DNA from: Alphaproteobacteria bacterium
GTDB taxonomy: Bacteria; Pseudomonadota; Alphaproteobacteria; Rs-D84
DNA length: 64,000 nt
Direction of reading: 5' to 3'
Assembly (NCBI GenBank): GCA_013316395.1
Contig: WSMU01000001.1
Coordinates: forward strand, 2,393-66,392
The notes under the pieces are model-generated. The model saw nothing but the letters and a program-made list of their open reading frames with translations. It was not told where the DNA came from and made no database searches. Shown in pieces: positions 28,203 through 38,040 of this stretch. Made by a program: the position numbers and the translations under genes. How positions within the stretch are numbered: the first letter of the stretch is position 1; every line of letters begins with the position of its first letter.

Positions 28203-29414
28203 TTGCAGTGTGATATTTATACCAGCGATAAATATAAAAAATATTTCCATAGCGATATCGCCGCGCGTCAAATATGTGGTGCGCCTTTTGATGATAGTGC
28301 GCTGGATATAGACTGCATAGATTCCGGGTTGGTCGCGGTCGATTGTGCGACGGGGGCCTTTGGAATATTTGACGTTGATAACAAATTTGTGAAATCTTCG
28401 CTGCAACTGCGCGGCAAAATGGGGCAATTTATCCCGGATGTAAAAAAACTGTGTGTGGAAAACTGTGCTGATACGGCCATATTCTTAGGCAATATATATC
28501 CGCATTTTGGACATTTTTTGCTGGAACATTTAAATCGCGCATGGGGGCTGGGGCGCGTATATAAAAAGGGAATGAAGGTAATCTTTATTGATAATAAAAA
28601 CATCGGGGCCCAAAAGTTTGTTTTCGACTTTACCGATATGCTAAATATTCCAAGACGTGATGTTGTTATATTAACCAAGTCTGTGCGGTATAAGAAAGTC
28701 TATATACCGGCCCAATCTTGGGTAACCCAGCATCGTGCGCATACAGACTTTTGCAAGGCGTTTGACGCTATGGGCGCGGGTGTTTCGGGGCCGGGTGTCG
28801 GCGACAAGGTATATGTTTCGCGTGCCGCATTACCCGCCGATATGAAGGTGTTTGGTGAGGAGCGGATTCAAAATATATTCAAAAAAAATGGATATGCGAT
28901 AATTTATCCTGAAAAGATGCCACTGGCACATCAAGTGGCGGCTATAAAGAATGCCAAAGTTTTGGCGGGGTGCGGGGGGACTGCACTGCATTTGGCGCTG
29001 TTTATGAAACCGGGCGGGCGCGTAGTGCAGATAAAAAGAAATACAGGGATAAAGGATAATGGCCCGATACAGTGGATGCTGAACCAGGTGCGCGGTTTGA
29101 ATAGTGTGTTTATAGAGGCGTCGGTTGAAAAGCGCAAGTCAGAGCATCAGTCCAAGCTGCCTCAAATAATAGGCGTAACAGAACACTTGCAACGCTTTTT
29201 CGATGACAACGGATTTAAGTATTCGGCTCGTGATGTGGAACAAGACAAAGCGGCGTTTGCCGAATATGAAATTGCGCTGGCCGCGGCCAGCGCCGCCCAT
29301 GGCGGCGCAATATATATGCGTTTAAAGCGTTTTATAATCAAGTTTGTGACATGCTTTGTACCCGGTCGCGTACGGCGCGGGCGTGTTCGCGCATGGCTAA
29401 AGGAAAGGCTGTAA
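28203..29414 (+). CDS. DUF563/GT61-like glycosyltransferase
   Basis: FGHFLLEHLNRAWGL is the hallmark motif of the DUF563 capsular glycosyltransferases. Confidence 0.55.
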   Translation: MQCDIYTSDKYKKYFHSDIAARQICGAPFDDSALDIDCIDSGLVAVDCATGAFGIFDVDNKFVKSSLQLRGKMGQFIPDVKKLCVENCADTAIFLGNIYPHFGHFLLEHLNRAWGLGRVYKKGMKVIFIDNKNIGAQKFVFDFTDMLNIPRRDVVILTKSVRYKKVYIPAQSWVTQHRAHTDFCKAFDAMGAGVSGPGVGDKVYVSRAALPADMKVFGEERIQNIFKKNGYAIIYPEKMPLAHQVAAIKNAKVLAGCGGTALHLALFMKPGGRVVQIKRNTGIKDNGPIQWMLNQVRGLNSVFIEASVEKRKSEHQSKLPQIIGVTEHLQRFFDDNGFKYSARDVEQDKAAFAEYEIALAAASAAHGGAIYMRLKRFIIKFVTCFVPGRVRRGRVRAWLKERL

Positions 29415-29440
29415 AAAAATCCCCAAACGGGGATTTTTTT
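29413..29440. terminator. Bidirectional terminator between the GT island and typA
   Basis: AAAAAA-ATCCCC-AAAC-GGGGAT-TTTTTTT. Confidence 0.7.
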
Positions 29441-31271
29441 ACATTTCTGTATTACGGCGCATTTTTTTACGCATATTACTGTCTAGCTCTTTCTTGCGCA
29501 GACGTATTGTCGCCGGTGTTATTTCAACCAGTTCATCGTCCTGGATGTATGACAGTGCTTCTTCCAGGGTGATTTTACGCGGCGGCGCCAAGAACAGCTT
29601 TTCGTCCGCCGTGACCGAGCGCATGTTTGTCAGTTCTTTGCCTTTTATCGGATTTACTTCCAAATCATTTTCTTTTGTGTGTTCGCCGATAATCATGCCC
29701 GAATAAACTTCTGTCTGGGGGCCGATAAACAGTGTGCCGCGCGGCTGCAGGTTAAAGAGCGCATACGTCGCCGCAGAGCCGTTTTCCATTGATACAAGCA
29801 CGCCCGGGCGATACTGTACAATGGGGCCGCGGTATGGACCGTATTCGGCAAATACGCGGTTCATAATGCCGGTGCCGCGCGTGTCTGTACGGAATTCGGA
29901 CAGATAGCCAATAAGGCCGCGTGACGGTGCGGAAAATACAATACGTGTTTTGCCAATGCCCGATGGCTTCATTTCAGTAATTGTTGCCTTGCGCTTGGTC
30001 ATCTTTTCAATTACAACACCCGAGAATTCGTCATCAACGTCTATTACAACATCTTCGATAGGTTCCAGCTTTTCGCCATTTTCGCCATCTATCATTACAA
30101 CGCGTGGACGTGATACGGACAGTTCAAAGCCTTCGCGACGCATTGTTTCAATTAAGATACCAAGCTGTAATTCACCACGGCCGGATACTTCAAATGCTTC
30201 GTTATTTGCGCTTTGGCTTACTTTTAGGGCGATGTTTGTTTCCGCTTCTTTGAACAGTCGTTCGCCAATCATGCGCGATGTCAGCTTTTTGCCGGATTTT
30301 CCAGCCAGCGGCGATGTATTAACAAAGAAGGTCATCGTCAGGGTCGGCGGGTCAATCGGCAGTGCGGGGATGGGTTCTGTTACCTCGGGCGCGCACAGGG
30401 TGTCGGCCACAGTCGCCTTTGAAAAGCCCGCGACAACGACAATATCGCCCGCAGATGCTTCTTCTCGGGATACTTTTTCAACACCACGATGTTCAATGAT
30501 TTTTGTGATTTTAGCGTTTTCTATGAATTCGCCCGACATTGATATTGCCTTTACCGCCTGGCCCACGCGAACGGTGCCGGATTCAATCTTGCCTGTCAAT
30601 ATACGACCGACATAGGGGTCCGCCTCCAGTGTGGTGGCCAGCATGCGGAATGGTGCATTCAACTGGCAGCGTTCGCCATTGCAGTCGGGGGCTGGAACAT
30701 GATCGACTATCAACTGGAACAGTGGGGTCAAATCGGTATGCGGGTCGTTTAAGTCACGCACAGCCCAACCGTCACGGCCGACCGAATAAAGATATGGGAA
30801 ATCCAACTGCGAGTCGTTTGCACCCAGCTTGTCGAATAAGTCAAATGTTTCTGTTAATACTTCGTCTGGGCGTGCATCTGCGCGGTCAACCTTGTTAATG
30901 CATACAATCGGGCGCAGCCCCAGCTTTAATGCCTTTGATAGTACGAATTTTGTCTGGGGCAGGGGACCCTCAGCGGAATCGACCAGCAATACTACGCCGT
31001 CAACCATGGACAGAATACGTTCCACCTCGCCACCGAAATCGGCGTGCCCGGGCGTATCTACTATATTGATTTTATAATCGCGCCATTGAATCGACGTGGG
31101 TTTTGCAGATATTGTAATACCGCGTTCACGTTCGATATCACCGCTGTCCATGACGCGGTCTTCGACTTTTTCGTTTTCGCGGAATGTTCCGGATTGTTTA
31201 AGCATGTTATCAACCAGGGTGGTTTTACCATGGTCAACGTGCGCAATGATTGCAATGTTGCGAATTTTCAT
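29439..31271 (-). CDS. typA: Translational GTPase TypA/BipA
   Basis: G-domain AIIAHVDHGKTTL, DTPGHADF, NKVD; 610 aa with the BipA-specific C-terminal domain. Confidence 0.9.
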   Translation of the reverse strand: MKIRNIAIIAHVDHGKTTLVDNMLKQSGTFRENEKVEDRVMDSGDIERERGITISAKPTSIQWRDYKINIVDTPGHADFGGEVERILSMVDGVVLLVDSAEGPLPQTKFVLSKALKLGLRPIVCINKVDRADARPDEVLTETFDLFDKLGANDSQLDFPYLYSVGRDGWAVRDLNDPHTDLTPLFQLIVDHVPAPDCNGERCQLNAPFRMLATTLEADPYVGRILTGKIESGTVRVGQAVKAISMSGEFIENAKITKIIEHRGVEKVSREEASAGDIVVVAGFSKATVADTLCAPEVTEPIPALPIDPPTLTMTFFVNTSPLAGKSGKKLTSRMIGERLFKEAETNIALKVSQSANNEAFEVSGRGELQLGILIETMRREGFELSVSRPRVVMIDGENGEKLEPIEDVVIDVDDEFSGVVIEKMTKRKATITEMKPSGIGKTRIVFSAPSRGLIGYLSEFRTDTRGTGIMNRVFAEYGPYRGPIVQYRPGVLVSMENGSAATYALFNLQPRGTLFIGPQTEVYSGMIIGEHTKENDLEVNPIKGKELTNMRSVTADEKLFLAPPRKITLEEALSYIQDDELVEITPATIRLRKKELDSNMRKKMRRNTEM

Positions 31272-31378
31272 TAAGTTGCCTTTTTAGTATCGGGAACAGG
31301 GTATAACAAAAAATCAAAATTTCAAGAAATAAGGTTGTTTTTATGATAAAATATAAAAAATCTAAGGTGAGGAGAGTC

Positions 31379-31777
31379 ATGAAAAAAATATTGCCGATAA
31401 TTATGTGCTTGCTGGGTGGGGGTGCGTACGCAATGAACGAGACGGCCGATATGCTGCGCCGATGCGAAGGGGTAAGTGTCACAAACGCTGATAATTACAT
31501 ATTGCGATGTGCGCGCGATGAAAAGATAATCGATACCATGAAGCAGGGCCCCGAGCAGTTTTTCAGCGCCGACAATGACGGCGATATAAGTGGCAGTTTT
31601 TTGGATTCTATCCCGGAAAACAGCGATTATATATATGTAAATGTTATCAGAAATTCGCCCGATACACGATATAAGGACCAGACGTGCTATCGCTTTATCA
31701 GTGAAAAAGACATGCGTCGTGACGGATATTATGCGACCGAAGTTTGCGAGTATGAAAGGGCGGACTTTTATTTATAA
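31379..31777 (+). CDS. Hypothetical small secreted protein
   Basis: Signal peptide MKKILPIIMCLLGGGAYA; four Cys in the mature part. Start taken at the internal ATG. Confidence 0.45.
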   Translation: MKKILPIIMCLLGGGAYAMNETADMLRRCEGVSVTNADNYILRCARDEKIIDTMKQGPEQFFSADNDGDISGSFLDSIPENSDYIYVNVIRNSPDTRYKDQTCYRFISEKDMRRDGYYATEVCEYERADFYL

Positions 31778-31838
31778 TGGCTTGACAATTAAAAATATTT
31801 GTCTATAATAGTGTGGTGAAAATAAAAGAGAGGCTATT

Positions 31839-32429
31839 ATGCAGACAAATAATAAAGAAATTGTTGTTCTGTCAATCAAAAGCGGACTGCGTGCTTTTTA
31901 TGAACTGGCGTATATGAAGGCGTATCGTGGTTCATGGTATAAAAAGCTGTCGCATTCACAGCAGTTGCAGGTAGGGCGTGCAATGTTTGCTCTGCGCGAT
32001 ATTGCGGCCGCGCCGGAAACGCATTTCTCGCGTGAGGCAACCGAGAGCCAGTGGCGCACCCGTGGCAAGGAATATGCCAAGAGTCACGGTATGGCTGAAG
32101 AATGGGCGTCATATTACATTGTCCCGTCGGCTGCCGACATGGTTCGTGAAAAGGTAGAGCCTGCGTTTTGGAATGATTATCAGATGCGCGCGCGTTTGTA
32201 CAATTTCTGTGAAAAGGTACAGGACTGGTACTATAATTCTACATCTGCCGAACCGAAAGGGAAGGCTCTGGCGCAGACTAACGGTGAAGATATTATCGCG
32301 ATGTCAAAAAGAATTACCAATGACTGCAGTATTGAAAAAGACGGTCGTGTGGTACATTATATAAACAAGTTCTTGGAAAGTTCGATGGTTCAGCGTCTGC
32401 TGATTACAGGATATTCTAAGCAGAAATAA
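31839..32429 (+). CDS. Hypothetical protein
   Basis: 196-aa ORF with no signal peptide and no recognisable motif; the terminator hairpin follows. Confidence 0.45.
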   Translation: MQTNNKEIVVLSIKSGLRAFYELAYMKAYRGSWYKKLSHSQQLQVGRAMFALRDIAAAPETHFSREATESQWRTRGKEYAKSHGMAEEWASYYIVPSAADMVREKVEPAFWNDYQMRARLYNFCEKVQDWYYNSTSAEPKGKALAQTNGEDIIAMSKRITNDCSIEKDGRVVHYINKFLESSMVQRLLITGYSKQK

Positions 32430-32439
32430 ATAAAAAAAA

Positions 32440-32462
32440 TCCGGCCGGTGCCGGATTTTTTG
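32440..32462. terminator. Bidirectional terminator
   Basis: TCCGGC-CGGT-GCCGGA with A- and T-runs on either side. Confidence 0.7.
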
Positions 32463-32463
32463 T

Positions 32464-33741
32464 TTAGTGCTTCCCGCCGATTTTCGTGCGACCCGACATC
32501 AGTGGCTGCAGCTTTTTCGGTATATTTACACTGCCGTCGGCGTTCTGGTGGTTTTCAATCACAGGTACCAGTGCGCGCGGCACGGCGATGCCGGTGTTGT
32601 TTAACGTGGCGCAAAAGCGTACGTCACCGTCGGCGCCGCGGTAACGCGTGTTTGTGCGTCGTGCCTGAAACTGGCCGATTGATGAGCAACTGCCCAGTTC
32701 GCGGTATGTGTTTTCAGATGGGACCCATGCCTCAACATCGTTCATTTTTACTTTGTTAAAGCCCATGTCGCCGGTGCAGTTTGCGATAACCCGATAGGGC
32801 AGTTCCAAGTCTTCCATGATTTCACACAGGTTCGCCAGCAGCAGTTCATGCATTTCATCGGATTGTTCTGGGGTGCAGTAAATGTACTGTTCTACTTTGT
32901 TAAACTGATGAAAGCGTACAAGTCCGCGTGTGTCGCGACCGGCGGCGCCGGCCTCTTTGCGGAAGCAAGGTGAAAAGCCCGCGTATTTTATAGGCAGGTC
33001 TTTTTCTGCTAGCATTTCGCCACTGTGCAGCGAGTTTAGTATTATTTCCGCTGTTCCCGCCAGACAGCGGTCTGTCCCGCTTAGCATGAATACATCGTCG
33101 GCCATAACAGACATATCCGAACCCATAAAGTGGCCCGCGTTAAATATTGTCTGGGGCTTTGTAATAGACGGGCATTCGACAAATCGGAATCCCTTTGATA
33201 TTAGTTTTTGAATCACGTATGTTTCAATCGCCAGTTGGAGCTCGGCGGCCTCGCCCATAAGGGCATAGGTACGTGTTCCGCAAATCTGGGCGATTTTTTC
33301 CGGCGCCCACCAGTTATTCATATCCAACAGGTCCCACTGGGCGCGCGGGGTAAAGTCAAACTGGCGCGGTGTTCCCACGCGGCGGATTTCCACATTGTCA
33401 GAATCATCACGCCCCAGGGGGGATGTCGGGCTGGGGATTTGGGGAACGCGGTGCATTAAATCATTGAGCTTTTCTTCTTTCTCCGCCAGTTCGGCCAACT
33501 CTGCCGCGATTTCTTCGCCTATCTTTTTAGATGCCGCAATCAGCGGTGCCTTGTCCGATGCAGTGGGGATTTCACGTGTGATTTTATTTTTTTCCGCGGT
33601 CTTTGTCTGGGTCAGTGTTTTTAGTTCGCGTACACGCCCATCCAGTGCCAGTATTTCATCCGTATAATCGGTAAAACCCTTTGACGCGCATGCCTGGCGT
33701 ACAATGTCGGGATTTTCACGTATAAATCTTATATCCAGCAT
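32464..33741 (-). CDS. serS: Seryl-tRNA synthetase
   Basis: N-terminal coiled coil (MLDIRFIRENPD...), class II motifs (FRKEAGAAGRDTRGLVRFHQFNKVE; GRTKIG). Confidence 0.95.
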   Translation of the reverse strand: MLDIRFIRENPDIVRQACASKGFTDYTDEILALDGRVRELKTLTQTKTAEKNKITREIPTASDKAPLIAASKKIGEEIAAELAELAEKEEKLNDLMHRVPQIPSPTSPLGRDDSDNVEIRRVGTPRQFDFTPRAQWDLLDMNNWWAPEKIAQICGTRTYALMGEAAELQLAIETYVIQKLISKGFRFVECPSITKPQTIFNAGHFMGSDMSVMADDVFMLSGTDRCLAGTAEIILNSLHSGEMLAEKDLPIKYAGFSPCFRKEAGAAGRDTRGLVRFHQFNKVEQYIYCTPEQSDEMHELLLANLCEIMEDLELPYRVIANCTGDMGFNKVKMNDVEAWVPSENTYRELGSCSSIGQFQARRTNTRYRGADGDVRFCATLNNTGIAVPRALVPVIENHQNADGSVNIPKKLQPLMSGRTKIGGKH

Positions 33742-33867
33742 TTTTATTCCTTTTTGTCTATCTAATCATAGTATCGCGCACGCCAATGCGCAATTATAAA
33801 ATGCATTTGCAGACAGACTTTTCGTATGATATGCTGGGGCAGATATGAAAGACAAAGGAAAGTTACA

Positions 33868-34776
33868 ATGAACGATGTTGTTATGTATGACGTTATTATA
33901 TTGGGGTCGGGCCCTGCGGGTTTAACGGCCGCGCTATATACGTCGCGTGCGAATAAAAAGACATTAGTGCTGGGGGGTGACCGGCTGGGGGGGCAAACGG
34001 CCGGAATCGCTGTTTTGGAAAATTATCCGGGCTGGGCCGGCAGTGGTTCCGAACTGGCTGAGTTTATGAAGAAACAGGCCGAAACCTTTGGGACGGAAAT
34101 TGTGTTTACATCTGCGAAAAGCATTGATGGCGACGCAGACAGCGGATTTAATATTCTGTGTGATAATGGCCGACGTTATGTCGGGCGCACTGTTATCATC
34201 GCGACGGGTGCATCACCGCGCAGACTGCAAATAGAAGGTGCGCGCGAATTTATGGGCAAGGGTGTTTCATATTGTGCAACATGCGACGGCTTCTTTTATC
34301 ATGAAAAAGATGTTATCGTTCTGGGCGGTGGGAACAGCGCACTGAATGATGCGCTGTATCTGGCGGATTTGGCAAAGAGCGTAAAAATAGTTTATCGCAA
34401 GGGTGCCTTTACCCGGGCCGAGGCCGTATTGCGCAATCGTGTGGCAGAGCGTGAAAACATAGAATGTCTGTTTAACACAGATTTGACAAAGATTGCCGCA
34501 ACCGATGATGAACGCCTGATTGTTACGACAACAGACGGCGCCCAGATTGTTACCGACGGACTGTTTGTTGCAATCGGACACGAGGCGAACACAGACTATT
34601 TAAGCGAGGATGTCGCGCGTGATAATATGGGGCGCCTGGCACAGGGCAGCCTGCCGGCGGGTATGTTTGTGGCCGGTGACGTTGAGTCCGGGATAAAAAT
34701 GCAAATTGCGACCGCTGTTGGCACCGGGTGCAGCGCGGGTATGGATGCGATTGCGTATTTGAATTCCAAAAGCTAA
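33868..34776 (+). CDS. trxB: Thioredoxin reductase
   Basis: FAD motif GSGPAGLTAA, redox-active CATCDG, NADPH motif GGGNSA. Start MNDVVMYDV preferred. Confidence 0.9.
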   Translation: MNDVVMYDVIILGSGPAGLTAALYTSRANKKTLVLGGDRLGGQTAGIAVLENYPGWAGSGSELAEFMKKQAETFGTEIVFTSAKSIDGDADSGFNILCDNGRRYVGRTVIIATGASPRRLQIEGAREFMGKGVSYCATCDGFFYHEKDVIVLGGGNSALNDALYLADLAKSVKIVYRKGAFTRAEAVLRNRVAERENIECLFNTDLTKIAATDDERLIVTTTDGAQIVTDGLFVAIGHEANTDYLSEDVARDNMGRLAQGSLPAGMFVAGDVESGIKMQIATAVGTGCSAGMDAIAYLNSKS

Positions 34777-34883
34777 ATATAAGCTAAAAATCCTTGCGCA
34801 GGGGGCGGGAAACTAGTACAATAGGCGTATAATTAGTATGCCTAATAAAAACCGCCGTTTTTATCGGTCCTTTTTTTGCGGTC

Positions 34884-35369
34884 ATGGTTTGTTGTGCGGC
34901 CAACGCGGGAACGACTGTCAATGGGAACTGTCTTTATAAGGATATGTATGAATGCTGGTGGTGTCCTGTTGGGGGGACAAAGCCCGGGGCGACGTGTACG
35001 GTAGGATATGCGGGTTGCCTAAACAATTCTTATATCAGTGATATCGGGGATAGTCCCGTTACAGTCCAAAACGGCAGTCAAACAACAACATATACATGTA
35101 CGGCGGCCGGCTGGGAGGCGAAAACATCAGGGGGATCGTCATCATGCGACAGGTATTCTTATTATCAGCCCGGATATGGATGCAAGACATGTCCTTTGCC
35201 GGATTTTACGTATGAAGACGGCATCGACCTGATGCCGCGTGGCGATAATTATCAGTTTTTATTAACAGGCTGCAATATCTTTCTCTCTACAGGAACTGTA
35301 TATAAGGATGACACAGGGCTTTTTGTTTATACAGAAAATGTTACCTGTTATCACTCAGGCAAGCTGTAG
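34884..35369 (+). CDS. Hypothetical Cys/Thr/Gly/Tyr-rich protein (weak call)
   Basis: 16 Cys in 161 aa (CWWCP, CTVGYAGC, YGCKTCP). No clear signal peptide from this start, so the true start is uncertain. Confidence 0.35.
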   Translation: MVCCAANAGTTVNGNCLYKDMYECWWCPVGGTKPGATCTVGYAGCLNNSYISDIGDSPVTVQNGSQTTTYTCTAAGWEAKTSGGSSSCDRYSYYQPGYGCKTCPLPDFTYEDGIDLMPRGDNYQFLLTGCNIFLSTGTVYKDDTGLFVYTENVTCYHSGKL

Positions 35370-35376
35370 CGGGGGG

Positions 35377-35880
35377 CTACTTTTTGCCAAAGTGTTTCTT
35401 TAAAATTTCGTAAGCATCGGCGATTTTTGTAAATTCTGTCGCCGCGTTTTTAATGTTATGTGCCGTGTCGGGGTGATATTTTTTTGCCAGCACGCGGTAT
35501 TTTGCACCAACATCACGCCATGTTGCCGCCGGGGTCAGGTCAAATACCCGCAGGGCAGAAACAACCGGCCCCGGTGTTTTTGAAGGTGCCGGCCGGCGGT
35601 CAAATTCCGAGCGACCGTTAATAAAATCGTTTATGAATTTTACATAATCTGATGCATCCTGGTTGGCGCTTTGCTTGTCGCGCAGTGGGGCGCCAAATGT
35701 CTGGCGTTCCCAGTCATCCTCGATTTCGTCCGCCGTCATGTTTGCGTAAAAGTTCCAGTTTTTGTTATATTCGGCGGCGTGTTCGCGGCAAAAGAACCAG
35801 TATTCTTTTAAATCGCGCGATTTGGGTGCGCGACAGGTCCCGGCCTTGGTACAGCCCGTGTGTTCGCATTTCTTTATCAT
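35377..35880 (-). CDS. J-domain protein with an N-terminal Cys cluster
   Basis: C-terminal J-domain (AKKYHPDTAHN...ADAYEILKK, HPD present). N-terminal CEHTGCTKAGTCRAP...FCREH is a putative zinc-binding cluster. Confidence 0.6.
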   Translation of the reverse strand: MIKKCEHTGCTKAGTCRAPKSRDLKEYWFFCREHAAEYNKNWNFYANMTADEIEDDWERQTFGAPLRDKQSANQDASDYVKFINDFINGRSEFDRRPAPSKTPGPVVSALRVFDLTPAATWRDVGAKYRVLAKKYHPDTAHNIKNAATEFTKIADAYEILKKHFGKK

Positions 35881-36746
35881 ATTTTCTTATCCAAATTTTG
35901 ACCGCCCAGCGGGTGGCATGTTTTTACCGTTTCAATCAAATTATCCGGCATTACGTGTGTATATATCTGGGTTGTTGCAATATCTTCGTGGCCCAGCATT
36001 GTTTGTATCGCGCGCAGGTTGGCGCCACCCGCCAACAGATGCGAGGCAAACGAATGGCGCAGTACGTGCGGACTGACCCGGTCGGGTGATATGCCCGATA
36101 GTACGGCGCATTTTTTCAATATTTTAAACAGCCCGTCGCGTGTTATATGGCCGGCCGTACTGTTGGATGGGAATACAAATTTTGAATCCGTATCACCGCG
36201 GATATTTAGCCATTTTGATAACGCATCCTGGGCGCCATCGTGCATGGGAACGATGCGTTCCTTGGCGCCTTTGCCATGTATCAGCAGGCGGCCGGGCAAT
36301 ATTGCAGATACCTGCAGCGTGCACAGTTCCGACACGCGCAGACCAGATGCATAAAGCAGTTCTATAATCGCGCGCAGGCGCGTTGCATTCCGCGTATCCC
36401 CCGCCGACGATATCAGCAGTTCTATCTCTTGCTGGGTCAGCAGCTTTGGCAGCAGCTTTTCCCGCTTTGGCAGTTCTAAATCAGCCGCTGGATTTTTTTT
36501 GATAATTTTTTCCAGCATCAGGAATTTATAGTAGCCGCGCAGGGCGCTGGCCTTGCGCGATATGGTGGATGCCTTGTCAGGCAGTGTGGATAGATAGGCC
36601 GTTAAATCAGCGTTACTGGCGCCCATTAGGCCGGCGGGCAGCGCGGCATCGGCCGCGCGCAAATCAGATGCGTATGCCCCCAGGGTATTTGTGGTGCGCC
36701 CGCGTTCCGCGGCCAGGGCCTCCAAAAACGGCTCTATATAATTCAT
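35877..36746 (-). CDS. xerD: Tyrosine recombinase XerD (XerC/D family)
   Basis: RHSFASHLL and GHEDIATTQIYTHV catalytic motifs; 289 aa. Confidence 0.85.
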   Translation of the reverse strand: MNYIEPFLEALAAERGRTTNTLGAYASDLRAADAALPAGLMGASNADLTAYLSTLPDKASTISRKASALRGYYKFLMLEKIIKKNPAADLELPKREKLLPKLLTQQEIELLISSAGDTRNATRLRAIIELLYASGLRVSELCTLQVSAILPGRLLIHGKGAKERIVPMHDGAQDALSKWLNIRGDTDSKFVFPSNSTAGHITRDGLFKILKKCAVLSGISPDRVSPHVLRHSFASHLLAGGANLRAIQTMLGHEDIATTQIYTHVMPDNLIETVKTCHPLGGQNLDKKI

Positions 36747-36896
36747 GGGTATAATACTATTTCCGTAACGTTCTGGGCCGGCGGGAATGAAATTATCATA
36801 AGTGCGACAATAGCTATAACAACGATGGCTATTATAATTCTGTTGCGAACTTTGTTATTGTTTTTCTTCTTTAAAGGCATGTGTATCCCCGGATGT

Positions 36897-37979
36897 TTAT
36901 ATTGTATCAAAGCTGGCTATAAATGCACCGGCCGCGGCAATGATGATCAGCGGCGGCGCCACCACCGCCAGCAGCGGCGGCAATGCACCGGTCGCCCCCA
37001 GTGCGTTGAACATATTCAGCATAAAGTATAATGCAAAGCATGTGATGATACCCATGCCAAACTTTACGCTAAATGAATAATTGCGGCGCTGCTTGGTCTG
37101 GGAAAACGCCACCCCCAGTGCCGCCATTGCAATCATGGTCAGTGGCAAAAACAGCAGGGTCCAAAACTGAATCAGGTGACCACGGACGGGAACGCCAATA
37201 TCATTCATTTTTTCAATAAAGCGGGGCAGTTGCCAGAAAGATATCTGGTCCGGCTGCATATAGCGGTCCAGAACGTTTTGCGGGTTTAGCAGGCTGGGGC
37301 TGTGCCAGGGGCCGGTGCGCATGCGTGCCGCAGAATCCCAAATTGTGGCCGATTTAGAATCCAGGCCATCGTTGGATAGCGTTATGCTGTCGGTCTTGAT
37401 GCGCTCGGTTATTTTAAACTCAGAATTTTGAACATATAGCGTTGCGTTTTCAAAAGTAAGCCGGCCCGGGGCGGCACGCATGTTTTCCGCCTTCATGGTG
37501 ATGTAACCGGCGGGTGATTCCTCGCGCAGCCAGATTGCATCATCTACCAGCTTTAGCTGGGCCGCACTGATGTGGCTGGTGCTGAGGCTGACGGAATATG
37601 GATTAACGACCGTGGTTGCAAAGATGCCAATCAGGGCCGCGCCAATCAATAATGGTCGCGCCGCCTGGTACGGGGACAGGCCGGCACTTGATACTATAAT
37701 GCTTTCGCTGGACTTTGTAAGGTTATAAGACGCCAGCAGTGTTCCCATAAATACCGCCAGGGGTAAAAACAGCGGCACGTATTCCAGCAGGCGCATCCAT
37801 GCATCCGCCACGGTTTCGATAACCGTTGGGTTGGCCGGCAATCGCTCAACAAACGTTACGGCCAGTATTATGCCGCATACAACCAGCATAACCAAACCCA
37901 CGCCCGAGAAGAAGCGACGCATTAAAAATCGGTTTAAAATATTGAAGCTAAACATTGCTTTTAAGTATATATCCTTCAT
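36897..37979 (-). CDS. LPS export permease, LptF/LptG (YjgP/YjgQ) family
   Basis: N-terminal FSFNILNRFLMRRFF plus six TM helices and a periplasmic beta-jellyroll region. Confidence 0.7.
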   Translation of the reverse strand: MKDIYLKAMFSFNILNRFLMRRFFSGVGLVMLVVCGIILAVTFVERLPANPTVIETVADAWMRLLEYVPLFLPLAVFMGTLLASYNLTKSSESIIVSSAGLSPYQAARPLLIGAALIGIFATTVVNPYSVSLSTSHISAAQLKLVDDAIWLREESPAGYITMKAENMRAAPGRLTFENATLYVQNSEFKITERIKTDSITLSNDGLDSKSATIWDSAARMRTGPWHSPSLLNPQNVLDRYMQPDQISFWQLPRFIEKMNDIGVPVRGHLIQFWTLLFLPLTMIAMAALGVAFSQTKQRRNYSFSVKFGMGIITCFALYFMLNMFNALGATGALPPLLAVVAPPLIIIAAAGAFIASFDTI

Positions 37980-38040
37980 TTGATAATTGCAAAATTAAAA
38001 TGAATGCTTATAATTTCTTTAAAAATACAGGAAAGATACA

